DNA of 64,000 bases from Eledone cirrhosa. Its lineage: Eukaryota. A program made the position numbers and the translations under genes. The first letter of the stretch is position 1. Each line of letters begins with the position of its first letter. The stretch is taken from contig OZ024762.1 of assembly GCA_964016885.1 (NCBI GenBank), positions 15,376,001 through 15,440,000 of the forward strand, in the 5' to 3' direction. This document shows positions 61,197 to 64,000 of this stretch, piece by piece. The notes under the pieces are model-generated. The model saw only the letters and a program-made list of their open reading frames with translations. It was not told the origin of the DNA and searched no databases.

Positions 61197-61228
61197 TATA
61201 CACATATATATGTATATATACATATGTA

Positions 61229-61272
<44 letters not shown>

Positions 61273-61303
61273 CGTATATATACATATGTATATATATATA
61301 TAT

Positions 61304-61334
<31 letters not shown>

Positions 61335-61927
61335 CACATATATATGTATATACATACATACATACATACATACATACATACATACATACATACATACATA
61401 CATACATACATACATACATACATACATACCCCACTTTTCAAGCGTTCAACGAGAAACTCAATGTACTTCGTGGCTAAGTCGTGAAACGCTGATTTAAATT
61501 GATGGAAGAGTTATTTATTAGAAATGAATGTCGTAATCTCTGACGTCAGAAGCAGGGGCTTAAATATTGAGATTTAGGTAATTATTTCTTACTAAAATTG
61601 GGACAAAATATATACTTCGGGGGTTGCTTAATCAGTTGGACTACGTTTGGTGTACGGTTGCAACCTGAATCATGCGTTTTGGGTGGGGTTCATTGAGGGC
61701 GACATAACCCCTCTTGTATTTCAGCGGTATTATACAGTGAATTAGCAGAGTTTGTTAGAACATTGGTTGGATAGAATGGTTTCGGGGTATAAGTCTCAGT
61801 AGTCCTCTGCTGAGTTCAAATCACTCCCAGGGTTAACTCTGTCTGCGTGTGTGTGTGAAGTTCAGATACCATCCGAGGTCAACTTTGTGTGTATGTGTGT
61901 GTGTATGTGTATGTGTGTGTGTGTGTA

Positions 61928-61958
<31 letters not shown>

Positions 61959-61984
61959 GGTGTTCAAATACGACCCGATATCAA

Positions 61985-62015
<31 letters not shown>

Positions 62016-62038
62016 GTGTTCAAATACGACCCGAGATC

Positions 62039-62072
<34 letters not shown>

Positions 62073-62459
62073 CAAATATGGCTGCCAAGCCCACGGGTTA
62101 AATGTTGTAACAATAGGATTACTGGCCAAAAATTGAGTCGTTAGAACATATGGAAAGAATACTGAGCGGTAATTGATCCGGGTCTCTACTCTCTCCTCGT
62201 TCAAATCCCGCCGAGGTCGACTTTACCTTTCATCCATTCGGGATCGATTATAAAATGTACCAGACTAATATTGGGTTCGATTATTCCTCTCTCTCTCTCT
62301 CTCTCTCGGTCTCTCTTTTTCTGGGAGAAATCGACTGTGTTCAGACCTGAGGAAAGATGATGGACCCCCGCCAGGTTTTAAAATACTCAAGACACGCCGT
62401 ATTTCATTAGGGCGCCCTCTCCACTCCATCGGGAATTATGAATCAAGTAAAATAATAGA

Positions 62460-62620
62460 ATTGGCAGAGTCGTTAGAGCGTCAGGTGGAATGCTTTGTGG
62501 TATTTATTCTGGCTCTCTGCTATCTGAGTTCGAATCTCGCCGAGATCAAATTTGCCTTTCATCCATTTGAGGTCGATAAATAAACTACCAACACTAGAGC
62601 CCAGTACTAGGGTCAATATT
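62460..62620 (+). mobile_element. Older diverged SINE family 1 relative (another at about 62120-62280)
   Basis: ttggcagagtcgttagagcgtc..gagttcgaatctcgccgag..tttgcctttcatcc..gaggtcgataaa. Confidence 0.7.
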
Positions 62621-62662
62621 CTCTCTCTCTCAGTCTCTCTCTAGCTCTTTATCTCTCACTCA

Positions 62663-62705
<43 letters not shown>

Positions 62706-62785
62706 ACACTCTCCCTCACTCACTCTCTCTCTGTCTTTCTCCTCCACCCCTCTCTCTCTTTCTCTCTCACTCTCTCGCTCGCACA

Positions 62786-62816
<31 letters not shown>

Positions 62817-64000
62817 ACTCGTTCTTTCTCTCTCACTCTCTTTCTCTCTCTCACTCTTTATCTCTCTCTCCATCACTCTCTCTTTTTCACACTCTCTCAC
62901 TCACTCACTCTCTCTCACTCTTTCTCTCTCTCCATCACTCTCTCTCTCTCTCTCCATCACTCTCTCTCTCTCTCCATCACTCTCTAGAACAAATCAGTTG
63001 TATTCAGACCTGAAGAGAGTGGAGATGGTGAGATGAGGGTTTCGACAGTTCTGCCTTAGAACATCCCCTGGATGGCGCCCTAACATTCCATCAAATAGTT
63101 AAGCGCCTAAATATAAACCTAACTATATTACTTCATATTTTTTCACAGCTCTGTAGAAAGTAACTCTCTCTCTCTCTTTCTTTTCTTTTCGTTTCTTTCT
63201 CTCCCTCTCTCTCTCATTTTTTCTTTTCTTTTCCTTTCTCTCTCTCTCTCTCTCCCTCTTTATTTTTTCTTTTCTTTTCTCTCTCTCTCTACCGCCCTCT
63301 CCCTCTCTCCCTCCCATCCTCTCTCTTTCTCCCTCGCTCTCCCTCCCACACTCTCTCCCTCTTAATTTTTCTTTTCTTTTCCTTTCTCTCCCTCTCTCTC
63401 TCTCTCTCTCCCTCGCTCTCCCTCCCACACTCTCCCTCTCCCTCTTTATTTTTTCTTTTCTTTTCCTTTCTCTCCCTCCCTCTCTCCCTCGCTCTCTCTC
63501 TCTTTATTTTTTATTTTATTTTCCTTTCTCTCCCTCCCTCTCTCCCTCTCTCTCTCTCTTTATTTTTTCTTTTATTTTCCTTTCTCTCCCTCTCTCTCTC
63601 GCTCTCCCTCCCACACTCTCCCTCTCCCTCTTTATTTTTTATTTTATTTTCCTTTCTCTCCCTCCCTCCTTCTCTCTCTCACTCTTTATTTTTTATTTTA
63701 TTTTTTCGTTTCGTTATTCTTATTATTTAACAGAATGTAGGGCAACTTGGATACTAAAATTTCGGTTCGGTTCTCAGCTCAGCGATTAAATTCTGTCAGA
63801 CGATACTGTGAGAATAGAAGAAATTTTGTATCGGTTGGTTGTATTTCCATCCTTTAAGTAATTAAAGACACTTCCTACATCTCACTTTTCCTTAGGAAAG
63901 ATTAGCTATAGTAATCCGAACTAATTTAACATGCAAAGAAAACACAAGTCGCCATTAATGCGTCTTCATATCAATTGCAACGCGTGGCGATATATTTCAA

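Noticed and set aside
63720-63790. Candidate sFRP exon 2 after the polypyrimidine tract (aacag|aatgtagg)
   Set aside because: The phase-1 frame gives ECRATWILKFRFGSQLSD*, with no CxxC or NTR pattern and an early stop.

Overview
This is AT-rich, microsatellite-saturated metazoan DNA. The SINE, LINE and (TA)n content suggests a coleoid cephalopod, probably an octopus (inference). The only supportable host-gene sequence is one + strand coding exon (ATG 20681 to a GT donor after 21212). It encodes a signal peptide and a complete Frizzled cysteine-rich domain of the sFRP1/2/5 type. No downstream NTR exon was recognised, so 21213-64000 is probably one intron of more than 42 kb. The rest is simple repeats, minisatellites, tRNA-derived SINEs, 5'-truncated LINE ends (CR1-group, RTE, R4/Dong, CRE-like) and Helitron ends. 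Nearly all long ORFs in the track are repeat artefacts. The main hidden signal lies in the short islands between (TA)n tracts. These are foldback fragments from several families, and together they carry about 24 minimal type-I hammerhead ribozyme motifs (stem I-CUGANGA-stem II-GAAA-palindromic mini stem III-NUH-stem I). The motifs show compensatory base changes and family-specific palindromes, a pattern typical of Penelope-like retroelement pseudo-LTRs. Seven cluster in 42899-45206, including a bare 98-nt tandem pair. A 3' fragment of U6 snRNA lies in the spacer of one foldback. All calls were made by eye; no searches were run.
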